A stretch of 64,000 bases of DNA, from contig NC_043008.1 in the NCBI RefSeq assembly GCF_006345805.1, forward strand, positions 72,354,001 through 72,418,000. Reading direction: 5' to 3'. This DNA comes from Octopus sinensis. Its lineage: Eukaryota. The position numbers and the translations under genes were made by a program. Of this stretch, positions 39,141 to 51,411 are shown piece after piece. The notes beneath the pieces were generated by a model. It was not told where the DNA came from. It saw nothing but the letters and a program-made list of their open reading frames with translations, and made no database searches. Each line of letters opens with the position of its first letter. Positions within the stretch are counted from its first letter, which is position 1.

Positions 39141-40994
39141 TATGATAAAGATATTCCAGCCGTAATTATCAAAATATCTTCAGGAGTATGTAGGCCTACA
39201 TTGCCTGCCTAGTCGTATTTAAAACAAGACCTAGCTGTTATTTCTGGCATCTATTGACCAAATTGAAACTGTGTTGCTTTTCAGCAGGATTATTATTGCA
39301 GTACCAACACTGTGCTACAAATAAATTATATATGGACTCATACCCATACGTTTTTTTGGTATCACTACGAAATTAACCCCACGTTGTCCTTTTTCGGTCG
39401 CTTGGAATGAAGATGGATCTGAGCGATTATGTTGTTATTTAACAATTCCTTGGAATTGGCTCATGTGACACCATAGAATCTCCATTATACACTTATAATA
39501 AACAGGTCAAGCTATTTTACAGGGATTCCATTATTGGTGGTGATAGCAGGGGCGGGGTGGGGTGGTAGTGTTTGTGGTGGTTGATTTAATAAACTAACAG
39601 CTCCTCCAAATATTCAGGCCTTGTAATCATCATCATCATCATCATTATTTTCTACTTTTTCTGTTTGGATATTAATCCTGTTCCATCAACAGAATAAAAC
39701 ATGGATTTTATGGGTGAAAAATTCATCAGTGGACAAATAAGTATCCGAACTTCATAATCCAATGAACCCATTAATTACTAAGAAATGTTCATAATACCTT
39801 CTGGAAGTGTCATCAAGGCAGTCATTAGAATCTTCGGCAAGGTTAATATTAGGACTAAATTAAACCATTCTCTTTCATCTTCAGGATCTTCCACTTTATT
39901 GATAAAATTTCCAACAGGAAGCGATAAAATATTGATATTAATATTAAGCTCATTATTTCTAAAGATGCCTTGTTTACTCAATCTTATTCTTTTTATGTAA
40001 AAAAAGATATGTTTATATTAAGATAGTGAAAAAAAAAGCCTTATTTTAGGGAAAATCAGCACCTTTAAGTAAAGTCACATGCCCAAGGTCGTTCTGTACT
40101 TGGGGCTAAGTCTCTAGATACTGGATTGGAACTTTCGAAACTCAGACATCAATTTTCGATTGTACGTACAATACTTTTTAACCGTTTTCTCAAAATAGTT
40201 AAGTACCAATGATGGATCTATTAGTACGTGCTTGGTGTCCAAAATAACAGATATGAGCATTCTTTACTATCGCATGTTTAAAGATATTTCTTAATGATTT
40301 CGTTTCAGGAAGAGTGAGCTTGGTTATTTAAAAATACCGGAAATATAGTAATTAAAATAAATGTAGTTACCAATAGAAAAGATAATGGGTCAATGTCAAA
40401 GCTCAGTGTGTGATGTTTAAAATATATCCGGGAGTAATGTTGGTAATAGAAGTGAGATGTGAAAATTAGCTTATTAGACGACGTCAATGTAGATGTTGAA
40501 GGTTTCTAAAGTCATTCAGTCGGACGACTTGCCAGGACCAATTTAAATCTACCATGCCAGAAGTTTGAATCGTGTGATGCGACATGAACGTTTTAATCAC
40601 AGTGGTTTTTCACCAGCTGAAATATAGCATCTTCACACGCCACGGCCATAGATGATAGCAGTAGTTTACTATCTGAGCTGGCTGATACTTACCATTGACA
40701 GCATCTAGTGATATTCGTCATTCATTCTATAAGATTCATTTGTCGAAATAGTTCGCATTCATCATGTTGTATATTATTCGGAATGTGTAATTTTAGAGAC
40801 AAAAGATGAGTCAGTTGTTTTGTGTGAGAAACTTTGAATAATTTTTTGAAGTTCAAATGACAAGATACTGGAATCCATTTGGCGTTATTTTTTAATTGAT
40901 AAATGTGTTGAACATGACCAAATTATAAACTATTGGTACCAAAATATGAATCAGCTTTATACCTAAAAAAGTTTTAATAGAAAATAATCATTAT

Positions 40995-41180
40995 TTACAT
41001 TATTTACATTATGAGGATATTTGTCCTCAACTTTGTTGTTAACATAACGTTTCGGCTGATATAACCTCCAGCCTTCTTCAGGTGTCTTGGGGAAATTTCG
41101 AACCTGGGTTCTCATTCCTAAGGTATTTTTCGATGTTCTTCTTCTTTTCCTTCTTCTTCTTCTTCTTATTATTATTATTA

Positions 41181-41247
<67 letters not shown>

Positions 41248-41300
41248 GTCCAGGTCACTGCTTGGAATCGAACTCGGAATCAGTAGCCCGCGTAGTGGTA
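40995..41300 (-). mobile_element. tRNA-B-box-headed element with internal (AAT)n and hammerhead 3' module
   Basis: B-box GAGTTCGATTCC at 41264-41275, (AAT/AAG)n spacer, hammerhead at 41041-41088, GAGGA/TCCTC hairpin and AATGTAAAT repeats at the 3' end. Confidence 0.65.
41041..41088 (-). ncRNA. Minimal type I hammerhead ribozyme motif
   Basis: AAGACAC-CTGAAGA-A-GGCTG-gaggttatat-CAGCC-GAAA-CG-TT-ATGTT: full CUGANGA and GAAA core, 5-bp stem II, palindromic AACGTT stem III. Confidence 0.8.
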
Positions 41301-42161
41301 GAACAGAAAATGATAATGCTCTTAATATAAGTTCAAAAGCTTGACCATAGCCTTTTGTATTAAGTGTACGTGAGTGTGTGCGTGTGTAACAGATTTGTAC
41401 AGGTTGTTGATTTTTTTACATATAACCTTCGATATAACATGCCAAGTTCTATTTACATTTGGTGTGTAAAACTGATGATTTGCCGCATCTTTTGATTTTT
41501 GCGTATGGGCGGGGTGGGGGTCATCAAAACTGAAGTGCACAGTCCCCCAAGATCTATATTTGATTTTGATCTTAAATTATTTATCTCAAAGTCATTTAAA
41601 CTTCTATTCCCTGCAACAATAGATTTCTCTGCAACATAAAACTTTTGCTCTTCATAACATAAAATAATCAGATGACATTTTACTGCTTCACTACTTTGTC
41701 GTATTTAATTTAGACAAACCACCGAATAGTAACTTGATAACTATTTTGACTGAAATGTATTTCTGTATTTATTCTTTCACTAGGCAGTACACAGTTACGT
41801 ACAGACTTGTTTATATCACTCGAGCACTTTCTGTCCCCGCCACCACCACCCTCTCTCTCTCTCCCTCTCTTTCTCTCCCTCTTCTCTTCTCTTCTCTTTT
41901 CTCTCGTCTCTCTTAGCTAGCTCACGCTTAATCCCTGTCGCAGATTCGAAAGCTGAGGCAGCCATTTGACGTCTCCGTTCTCATGGCATTTAGAAGATAC
42001 AGACATTATCATCATGAACATTGCACAGTTATTTTCTACTTGTGATGGGTCTGTCACAGATTGATACATATACCAATTAGATTGTCGTAGGTCTCAGTAG
42101 TATGTCTCTCCACGTGTGTAATTATCAAGGGCCAGAAAACAGGGAGTGCAGTGGTGCACTT

Positions 42162-42188
42162 GCACCTCCTAAAAGTTTTAGGAGGTGC
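42162..42188. other. Perfect 13-bp hairpin, probably in a MITE relic
   Basis: GCACCTCCTAAAA-G-TTTTAGGAGGTGC within a GGTGC/GCACC-rich segment. Confidence 0.6.
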
Positions 42189-42416
42189 GAAATCAAAATT
42201 TGCACCCCCTACATACCTTGCCAGGTTCAGAAAAAAAGTGTCTAAAAATTTATCTGTAAAAAGTTGTCTGAAGTTAAGTTACTTCTCAAAACAGCAACAA
42301 AGGACAAAACTGAATAAAAAGAAACATCAAAAATGTTAAATGATGAAGCTGGTTGTACAGTTCACAAGGAAATTCTACACAATGAAAAGCTCATCACGGT
42401 CCAGCTATCCTCGTTC

Positions 42417-42462
<46 letters not shown>

Positions 42463-42467
42463 AATAG

Positions 42468-42592
42468 GACAGGCTTCTTTCAATTGCCGTCTACCAAATC
42501 CGCTCACAAGCCACGCGTCCAAGTTGCTACGTAGTGGGACTTAATAAGACCCATTTGATTGGGAAGCAAGCGACTTACTACACAAACACGCC
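42468..42592 (-). mobile_element. SINE family A, decayed head half
   Basis: GGCTTCTTTCAATTGCCGTCTACCAAATCCGCTCACAAG. Confidence 0.65.
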
Positions 42593-45500
42593 TATGTCAG
42601 TAACTTAGAAATAAAATTTAACTATTTATTCCTTCTGTATGACCTTGTATCAGATGATGCGCGACACGGTGTTTCGAGACACCTACACTACGAAGCACAT
42701 CAGAGGTCCACAATGGACTATGACTCTCATCACTTTAGCAACGGAGCTGTTGCTGCACACATAGTCATACTAGAACGTACCTAGTAAAAAAGCTACACGC
42801 TTGATCGTCTTTCGCCATAAGCGAACTAAGTCTTCTCTCTACATCCTGGAACTCACTGGATTCAAACCATCTCCACTCAACCATTAGTCCCACTCGTCTC
42901 TCTTCTCTCATGATGCTTGTTGTACCCAATCAATTAAGTCCCATACAATTCACTACATTCTGCCGTTTCTCTTCGGAATCTCCTATGGATTGCTCTTGAT
43001 TATACAATTTGCTAAACTGGAGGTCCATAAGGCGGCTACTAAGTCCGCTAGAAATAGCAGCCAAATCTCGCTCACTACATAAATTGATTAACTCCATGGG
43101 AAGATATTAGTGAAGAAAATGCTTTTTTTTATATTTACTTTAGGGCATCAAAGAGAAGAGGTAAGCTGAATTTACGATAAAAGAAGTGGATTTTTATCTT
43201 AGTGAGACAGACAGAGGTTTTATGTTTCTGATTTTGAATAGTTTAAGAGGTACCTGCTTCAGTGTATAAGGGTTTATACGAGTGGAAGTAAGGAAGAAAC
43301 ATCTGACAATTTAAATGAACTAACGTTTATGGACAAAAGTAACTTCAAGAAAGCCCACAAAGTCAGCATGCATGTGTGCACGAAGAGAGAGAAAAGGGGT
43401 CGGCTTTATCTTTCATCCTTTCAGGTTCAATAAAATAAGACTGGAGTCAACGTCATCATGTTTACCACGCCTAGGAAATTGCTGGTATTGTACTAAAATT
43501 TGAAACCAGTGTATACAGGTATATATGTTTATGTCGGTGGATTATTTGTGTATGTAAAAACTTCGACTCATCTTTTTCACCCGCTTAATTCCTGGAAGGG
43601 TTATGGAGAAGAGTTCTAGAGCCCGACTTCCATCGGATCCCGTCACAAGCAACCGTCTCTAAATGAATCTGCTCGAACTCCAAATGAGACCAACCGAGCA
43701 CACAGATGTTATCCAAACATCTTGAACATGGCCTAACCCTGGGATTCTTGCCGTAATTTTTCTTTTTGCCCGTAAAACCTGTCCGTCGATTCTTTCCTAA
43801 GGCACTCTTACCGCATTTCCGTACTATCAGAGCTGTGACCTCTCTATTCGGAAAGTAGAGATACTACCTGAAATCGCTTTCTGATGTTCAGGCTACGCTC
43901 TCAATAGAATAACGTTTCTCCTAACACTATTCGGAAGAACCACATTTCGGTCGTTTGTATTTGCGATCGTACTGATTCGATCATTACCCAAGTGGATCAA
44001 AACTGTTCCTGCTTATTCTACTTCTTCCATATACTTGAAGCTAAGAAAATGGAGATCCTTCATTGACGTCAATGTGTAATTACCCTGAGCCCCACAAAGC
44101 TTCGCCGTCTTTGATTATAGGTTTTCACTTACTTGTAATCAAGAAACATTGTGACAATAATTGATTACGCAGCGCCTCAACAAACGACGAGATCACGTGT
44201 TGGTGTGCCGAGAACTGCATCTGCTGCTGTCCATATTATATTTGTTATGACCGTAGCCGTACTTCCTTGTCGCTGATATGATGGATATCACAACAAAAAA
44301 AGAAAAGAAAAACCTCAGACTGTTTGATCCCCAATTTAAGATAGCTTGCGTTGTTAATTTAAATTATAAGGAGTTGCGCGCTCCCTTTTATATTGCAAGG
44401 TTATCTTAAGATATAAAGAGATGTGCGCTCAAACGCTGCGTCCTCTGATGTCTCAAACAAAATATACCCTATGACAAGAGAAATTCCATAAGTTGGCTTC
44501 TAGAAATAGCAGCCAAATCTCGCTCATCACCTAAATGAATTAACACAAAATACATGGAAATATATTTGCAAAGAATTTTTTTTTAATATTTACCTTAGAA
44601 AGGGCATCAAAGAAAAGAGATAAACTGAAATTACGAGGTTATAACCCTACTATCTACACCTCACTAAGGACTATATGTTGAGTAACCATTATTCGTGTTC
44701 ATAAGGCGGTAAGTGGCATATTGTTTAGCACGACGGCGGCATTTCATCCACTACACAGATACGCCTATGTAAATAGCTTAGATATATAATTTATAAGTAT
44801 TAGGTTGTCTCACGTGAACTGTATTTTAAATAGGTTTCTATGAGTCATATATAAATGGATTTTTAATGAGTTTCTCTGTATATGCTTGTGTTTACTCTCA
44901 ACTCGTTTTCTTTCTAGACAATACTATTATTCAAAATTGCCACCCACGGCTCTTATGACAATGTTGACAACTGAACAATACCGAGTGGTTTTCTTGTACG
45001 AATACAAGTTGGGTCACTCTGCTACTGAAGCTCTACGAAACAATAAGTGGGCTTTTGGTAATGATTATGTTGACATTAAAACTGTTCAAAAATAGTTCCA
45101 AAAATTACGTTCAAGAAATGAAAGCCTTAAAAATGAACCAAGAAGGAGACTAAAATCAGTTGTTCGGCATGACGAACTGAATGCTTTGGTTAAACGAAAT
45201 CCGAGAAAAATCGGATCAGAGCTCCAGACATCTCCCGCAACTGCTTCTCGCCACTTGAAGAAAATTAGACAAATCAAAAAGATAGATAGGCTTGTTCCCC
45301 ATCAACTTAATGAGATTCGAAGAAACAGGCGCCTTACAGTGTGTTCCATGTTGATTTCTCGATTGGAAAGAGAACTATTTTTGTATTGACTCATTACGTC
45401 TGATGAGAAATGGATACTCTTTGATAACAGCAGGACAGGACAGTGGTTAGATAAAAGAGAGTCACCAAAACACTACCCAAAACCACCATTGCACCCTAAA

Positions 45501-46480
45501 AAGCCACTGTATGGTGGTCAACAAAGGGGCTTATTCATTATTCCCTTTTGCAACAAGGAAAAACTATAACAGCAGCATCATATTGTCAGTAAATTGATTG
45601 TATACATGAAACATTTAAAAAGAAGCAACCCAGATTAGTGAATAGAGATGGCCCAATTTTGCTTCATGATAATGCACGGCCTCACACTTCTCAAGCAAAC
45701 GGTCCACAAGTTGCAAAGCATGAATTATGAAATCTTAGCACATCTTCTTATTCTCCTGATATCTCTTCTACTAGTGATCACATAATTAAAAACTTCCAGC
45801 TTGCTATACGCAGTAAAACATTCTTAAATAAAGAAGTAATTGAAGAATTCGAACAGTGTAAAAGATGACAAATTCTTTGAAAATGGAATATATGCCTAAG
45901 AGGAACGTTGCATGAAGGACATAAACAAACAAGGGTCATATTTTGATTTAGTAAAAGATATTATAAAACTTTAAAAAAACAATTTCCTTTTTCAAATGCG
46001 ACATTTCATGTGAGACAGTCTAATATATTCCTTCTCTACGCACTTGTAACACATGATGCGTGACACGGTGTTTCGAGATACCTACACTAGGAAGCACATC
46101 AGAGGTCCACAATGGACTATGACTCTCATCACGTTCGCAACGGAGCTGTTGCTGCACACATAGTCATACTAGAACGTACCTAGTAAAAAAGCTACACGCT
46201 TGATCGTCTTTCGCCATAAGCGAGCTAAGTCTTCTCTCTACATCCTGGAACCCGCAGGATTCAAACCATCTTCACTCAACCATTAGTCCCACTCGTCTCT
46301 CTTGTCTCATGAATTAATTAAGTCCCATACAATTCACTACACTCTGCCGTTTCTCTTCGGAATCTCCTATGGATTGCTCTTGATTATACAATTTGCTAAA
46401 CTGGAGGTCCATAAGGTGGCTACTAAGTCTGCTAGAAATAGCAGCCAAATCTCGCTCACTACATCAATGAATTAACACAC
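42575..46480. repeat. Local duplication: 42575-43085 repeated at 44750-44799 plus 46024-46480
   Basis: GACACGGTGTTTCGAGA...CTAGAAATAGCAGCCAAATCTCGCTCACTACAT present twice with few substitutions; second copy split by mariner. Confidence 0.9.
44800..46023 (+). mobile_element. Full-length mariner (DD34D) with pseudogenised transposase
   Basis: TIRs TTAGGTTGTCTCACGTGAA / TTCATGTGAGACAGTCTAA with TA TSD; YEYKLGHSATEA, LVPHQL, TSDEKW, HDNARPH, YSPD motifs with stops and frameshifts. Confidence 0.93.
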
Positions 46481-46950
46481 TCATTCGTTTTTAATCTGTT
46501 GTAAGAGTGTCTAACCCTTATATGTCCTTGTCTGTCATTGTTTGTCCTCTCTATGTATCCTTTTTATAAGCAATAAAAAACATCTGACAAACGCCCACCA
46601 AGATTGTGAGAATCAGCCAAGCTGTACCTGCTAAAAGTAGCAACCCAAATGGTTTTGAACCAGACCTCATACTGGATGTTCAAGAATCAAATGAAGGGTA
46701 CATTTTCAATCCCGGGATCGTTCTGATTCCAAAAACGTATAGCATGTCTTGGTAAAGCAAATGTAGACTGAGATGGAAGGGTCCCAGACAGACAGAATGT
46801 TGCTTTTATTATGATAATATCAAGAAAATATTTTCAAACAGTTTAATAGCAGAAAACTTTTGTTTTATTTGAACACTCACCGAGTTTATAACCATACTCT
46901 CTACATCTACCTGTGAACTATATGTCGAGTAGCCATTATTCGTGTCCATA

Positions 46951-47132
46951 AGGCGGTGAGCGGTATATTGGTTAGCATTTCGTCCACTTTTGCAATCTGA
47001 GTTCAAATTCCACCGAGGTCGATACTTCCCTTAATCCTTTTGTTGTTGAATAAGTGGAAGTGAAACTTTGTGGTCAATATGATCGAGTACTCACTCCACC
47101 AAATTTCAAGCCTTGTTCCTATAGTAGAAAGG
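46951..47132 (+). mobile_element. SINE family B, decayed
   Basis: CTGAGTTCAAATTCCACCGAGGTCGA...AAATTTCAAGCCTTG. Confidence 0.7.
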
Positions 47133-47739
47133 AACTTTTCATGTACGAATTCTATTTACCCATCCTTACTATCATATCCCCTTACACTTACACTCTTGTT
47201 TACAATGAAACATTCTGTGTGAACATATCGTAACAGAAGTATCGTTTCTGGTTGGAACCTCCAGGTTTCCTGTCCTGAAATTGCCTGGCTAAGACTTCAT
47301 ACGGTTGGAGGAACAATACCGGACACCTTGTAACTATGTTATGGTACCAACCAGCATGTTACAGAGGGTGTTTAAGAATTCAAAGGTGCATAAAACGGCA
47401 GACCCAGACAGTTGTGTCCTCGACTTTGTTTACTGATAATTTCCAGAAAATACTTATATTTCTAAGGAAATTTTCTACAAATACTTCTCGGTTGGTGTAA
47501 ATATCGGAATTTAATGTGAAAAAAGTTAAAAGAAAAATTCGCGAAAGTACACACACATATATATATACTTACACACATAACATATTTTTACATAATGAAA
47601 CTTGAAGTTTTGAAAAAAATTGTGATTTGTGTCAATATATATATATGCGTGCATGACCTCTATTTTTTTTCACTTCAAATTCCGCTATAGACGTAAATTA
47701 CGCTATCCAAGAGATATTTGTAAAATATTTCGTTAAAAT

Positions 47740-48010
47740 TTATCATTTTTTTTTCTTAAACGAGGAAGCATTTCTGTAGTTCACAGCTGTGAGTGTCTGC
47801 TTAAAATATCCCCACAAACACCAAAAAAAAAAGGTGAAGATGACTCTGACTTCACTCTAGTCTTCAGGTGTTCGGATGCGTCTCCCGGCGCACACATTCC
47901 CTAGCCTCTAATCACCGCGGAAGATTGAAAGAGACTGAATATTATTTGAAACGAAGGCCTTGGAGCAAACGTTTCCGATATTGTGACGTCATAATGACGC
48001 TATGAAGAAA
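47740..48010. promoter_or_regulatory. CpG-rich unique segment, possible promoter
   Basis: Locally high CpG density, TGACGTCA (CRE) at 47984-47991, plus-strand donor-like CT|GTGAGT near 47790; no transcript evidence. Confidence 0.3.
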
Positions 48011-48274
48011 TGTAGTAATTCTTCAATGAATTCTATGGAGAATATTCAAGAATTTTTCCATAGAAATGGAAAAAATTTGAATGAATTTCACACGTAGACG
48101 CCTACACGCACACACACAGGTACGCAACCAAATTTTTACATATATGATGTATGCATTTTCATTGATGTGTGTGTATGTGTGTGCGTGCGTGCGTGTGTGT
48201 GTGTGTGTGCATTTGTGCGCGCTTGTGTGTGTTTATGTGCATACTTATCTCTCTTTCAGCATATACCGATACAA

Positions 48275-48490
48275 AGTCGGTGAGCTGGAAGAATCGGTAG
48301 CACACCGGACATAATAGTTAGGGGCATTTCGTCCGTCTTCATGTTTTGAGTTCAAATTCCGCCGACGTTGACTTTGCCATTCATCGTTTCCTGGTCGATA
48401 AAATAAGTACCTGTTGAGCACTGTGATCTATGTAATGGACACATACCCCTCCCCCGAAACTAATGGCCTTGTGTCAAAATTTGAAATCAA
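48275..48490 (+). mobile_element. SINE family B
   Basis: GGTGAGCTGG...GAGTTCAAATTCCGCCGACGTTGACTTTGCC. Confidence 0.8.
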
Positions 48491-48505
48491 TATATACAGC
48501 TATAG

Positions 48506-48714
48506 AGGCCAAGAGCTGGCAGAATGGTTAGCATGCCGGACAAAATGCCCAACAGCATTTCTTTCGTCTTTACCTTCTGAGTTCAAACGTCACTGGGGTC
48601 GGCTTTGTCCTTTATCCTTTCAGGGTCAATAGAATAAGCAGTTGAACACTTGAGTCGATGTAATTGGGATATCCTTCCACTGAAACTGCTGGTCTTGTGC
48701 CAAATTTTGAAACC
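48506..48714 (+). mobile_element. SINE family B, adjacent second copy
   Basis: GAGCTGGCAGAATGGTTAGCATGCCGG...CAAATTTTGAAACC. Confidence 0.8.
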
Positions 48715-49008
48715 AAGTTATATGTGTTTATGTGTGTGGATTATTTGTGTATGTAAATCTCAACTCCCCTTTTTACCCACTAAATTCTTGGAAATGTTAT
48801 GGGAGACGAGTCCTCGAGCCCGACTTCCATCGAGTCCTGTCACAATCAACAATCTTCAAATGATTCTTATTCAGCTAGAACCCAAAAAGAAACCAACCGA
48901 GTGCATGGATGTTATCCAAACAACTTGCTCGTGGACTACCCCTGGGTTTCCTGAAAACCTGTCTAGCGATTCTTTCCTGAGGCATTCTTACTACATTTCT
49001 TTCATTGC

Positions 49009-49203
49009 CATCATCATCATCATCATCGTTTAACATCCGTTTTCCATGCTAGCATGGGTTGGACGGTTCAACTGGGTTCTGGGAAGCCAGAAGGCTGCAC
49101 CAGGCCCAGTCTGATCTGGCAGTGTTTCTACAGCTGGATGCCCTTCCTAACGCCAACCACTCCGTTAGTGTAGTGGGTGCTTTTTACGTGCCACCGGCAC
49201 TGG
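49009..49203 (-). mobile_element. Repeat family D (GGAAGGGCATCCAGCTGTA-type SINE/LINE tail)
   Basis: Minus strand ...GTTGGCGTTAGGAAGGGCATCCAGCTGTAGAAAC...GGATGTTAAACGATGATG; related to 60500-60790 and 62845-63085. Confidence 0.75.
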
Positions 49204-50399
49204 TATCACAGCTACAATAAATTGAGCACCAGAAAGGTTCACCCCCTGTCGTTATAAGAGGTAATCAATGATATGTAATCAAGAAAGATCATGTCAATAA
49301 TTGATTACACAGTACTTGAACAGAGGATGTGGTCACATGTTGGTGTGCTGATGTTCATATATTTATTGCTGCTGTGGCAATACTTCATTGTCACTGATTT
49401 GCTGAACACAGCAGAAAAAATAACTCAGCCTGTTTGATCCACCATTTAAAATAGCCTTGTTATCTTAAATTATAAGGAATTGCTCACTTCTTATATTGCA
49501 AAGTTGTCTTAAAATAAAGCATAAGAAGGAGCTGTGCACTCAAAAGCTGCACTCTCTGGGTCTTACACAAAACTTACCTTGTGGCAAGAGAAAGTCTTAA
49601 ACCATTTTATTTGTATGCGAGTGCAAGAAATTGTCACAATTGTTGAAAACCCCTCCCGGGTGCATAGTACCTTCTAACTCATTGTATATTGATGTTTGTC
49701 AGATGTTTGTCATGCACCATTTCTTGTAACCCAGATGGAGGGTATGTTTTTTTTTTTCATTATTTTCTATATGTACTACTTGGTGCTCTGTATTTGGTGG
49801 CTGTAGAGAGGAAGATTATTTGTTTCTTCTATGTCTTATATGAAGGTGCAATAAATGCTATGTTTATTATTTTGCTATCTAGATTTAGATCACTGCCAAT
49901 TTGCATATTTAGCCTGTTCTCTATAAGTGGCCACATAACCATACCCATTTGTGCCAATTGAATGCTTTAAGTCATCCGGTCAGACTGCCTACCAGACCAG
50001 CAAAAGTGTGGTCTGTTTGGAGCCAACAGATGGCTATAAATAAAGATTTTCTTTTGAGATAGCAAGAGAAGAGAGAATTGCCACCAGGGATATTTGATGC
50101 CATGCTTTGTTTATATCCCACTCACATCACCATGTACAAGCTACATGAGGAATCAAGGTATTTTTAACAGAATTACTCGTACCTTTGGAACACAAGCACC
50201 ACTATATTCTTTTCTTTTTTTTTTTTTCATAAGTTTGTGTCATGTAGCATCCCACATTTTGAAATACTTGCAATTTGTATTTTTACTGCTTCGCTTGATA
50301 TGTTTCCAAAATAAAACATTTTAAAATACAAAATATACTTCACACTATTACATATACTGTATGTTAATGCAAAAAATATTGTGTTTATTGACTCTCTTC

Positions 50400-50982
50400 A
50401 AAATGGTCACACCATCAATGAAAAGTTCAATGTCAACTTGCTAAGGCAATTATGAAAGGCTATCAAGATAAAGCACCCAGAAAGATTGATGAATGAAGTC
50501 TTGTTTCAATAGGACAATGCTTCAGCACAAAAGTCCTCGGTTTCAATGGCTGCTGGTACTTTCAATAAAGTACCAGTTATGCACTGGGGTCAATGAAATC
50601 GACTTAATACCTACGTCTGTCCTTGTTTGTCCCCTCTATGTTTAGCCCCTTGTGGGTAATAAAGAAATAGGTTTCAATGGCTGCTGTGCATGACTGGCTT
50701 TGAACTGGTTGATCACCCTCCCTATATTATTGATTTGGTTCCATCTGATTATCATCTGTTTTCCAGCATGGAAAAACACTCAATTGGGTACCAGTATCAC
50801 TGTGATGATGACGTCTCACATGTTGTTGTTGACTATTTTGACCAACAGAATAGCTTCTTCACCAGTATGATCAAAGTACTGTAACTATTGATGGAAGTGT
50901 GTGGACAGTAAGAGGAACTATTTTAAAAAATAGTTCCATGAGACTGTCTTGCTGAGCCTATGAGCATTTCAGCTGACCCTCA
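50400..50982 (+). mobile_element. Mariner 3' half (TIR related to 17090-17481)
   Basis: GHTINEKF...DNASAQKS...FELVDHPPY..DLVPSDYHLF; right TIR ATTTCAGCTGACCCTCA-TA. Confidence 0.85.
50556..50669 (+). mobile_element. 5'-truncated SINE B tail nested in mariner, 17-bp TSD
   Basis: GGTTTCAATGGCTGCTG at 50539-50555 and 50670-50686. Confidence 0.9.
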
Positions 50983-51065
50983 TAGTAATAAATATTATTA
51001 TTATAACTGCATTTGTTTTATTGTTAACATTGAAAATATCCACTTTTTCCATAAAAAATTTGTAC

Positions 51066-51279
51066 CTGGGTTTGCACCACATAAGCTAATTTTGTTCCTC
51101 GGCCACTGATACTCGTTGCTGTTATTTTTCATCAACAGCCTAACACTGTAAACACCATGTGCAGTAGAAAAGGCTACAATTAATTGTTTGTGAGTGTTGT
51201 TAATTACTTGAATATGCGGCCCTAGAGACACATTTTCATTTTCGACTTCCATCAAGTACCAAACAACACTTCTCAACAT
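51066..51279 (-). CDS. Candidate coding exon of an unidentified host gene
   Basis: Complex non-repetitive reading frame MLRSVVWYLMEVENENVSLGPHIQV...LCGANP ending at CAG|GTACAA donor; protein not recognised. Confidence 0.25.
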
Positions 51280-51411
51280 CCTCTTCTGGGCTTTTGCATC
51301 ATTCAGACAGAATCAGTTCTCTGTTTGACTGTCTTTTATCCTGAAACATTAAACTTGATAAGAAATCATTTGCCAATTATAATTTCCAACTGTTTAATAT
51401 TACAGTCATTT

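Larger units (their letters stand above)
43400..49600. repeat. Older local duplication: 43400-43830 with 48590-49000, and 44080-44500 with 49220-49600
   Basis: Shared GGATTATTTGTGTATGTAAA, GAGCCCGACTTCCATCG, AATAATTGATTAC, CTGTTTGATCC, TTAAATTATAAGGA blocks in collinear order. Confidence 0.8.
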
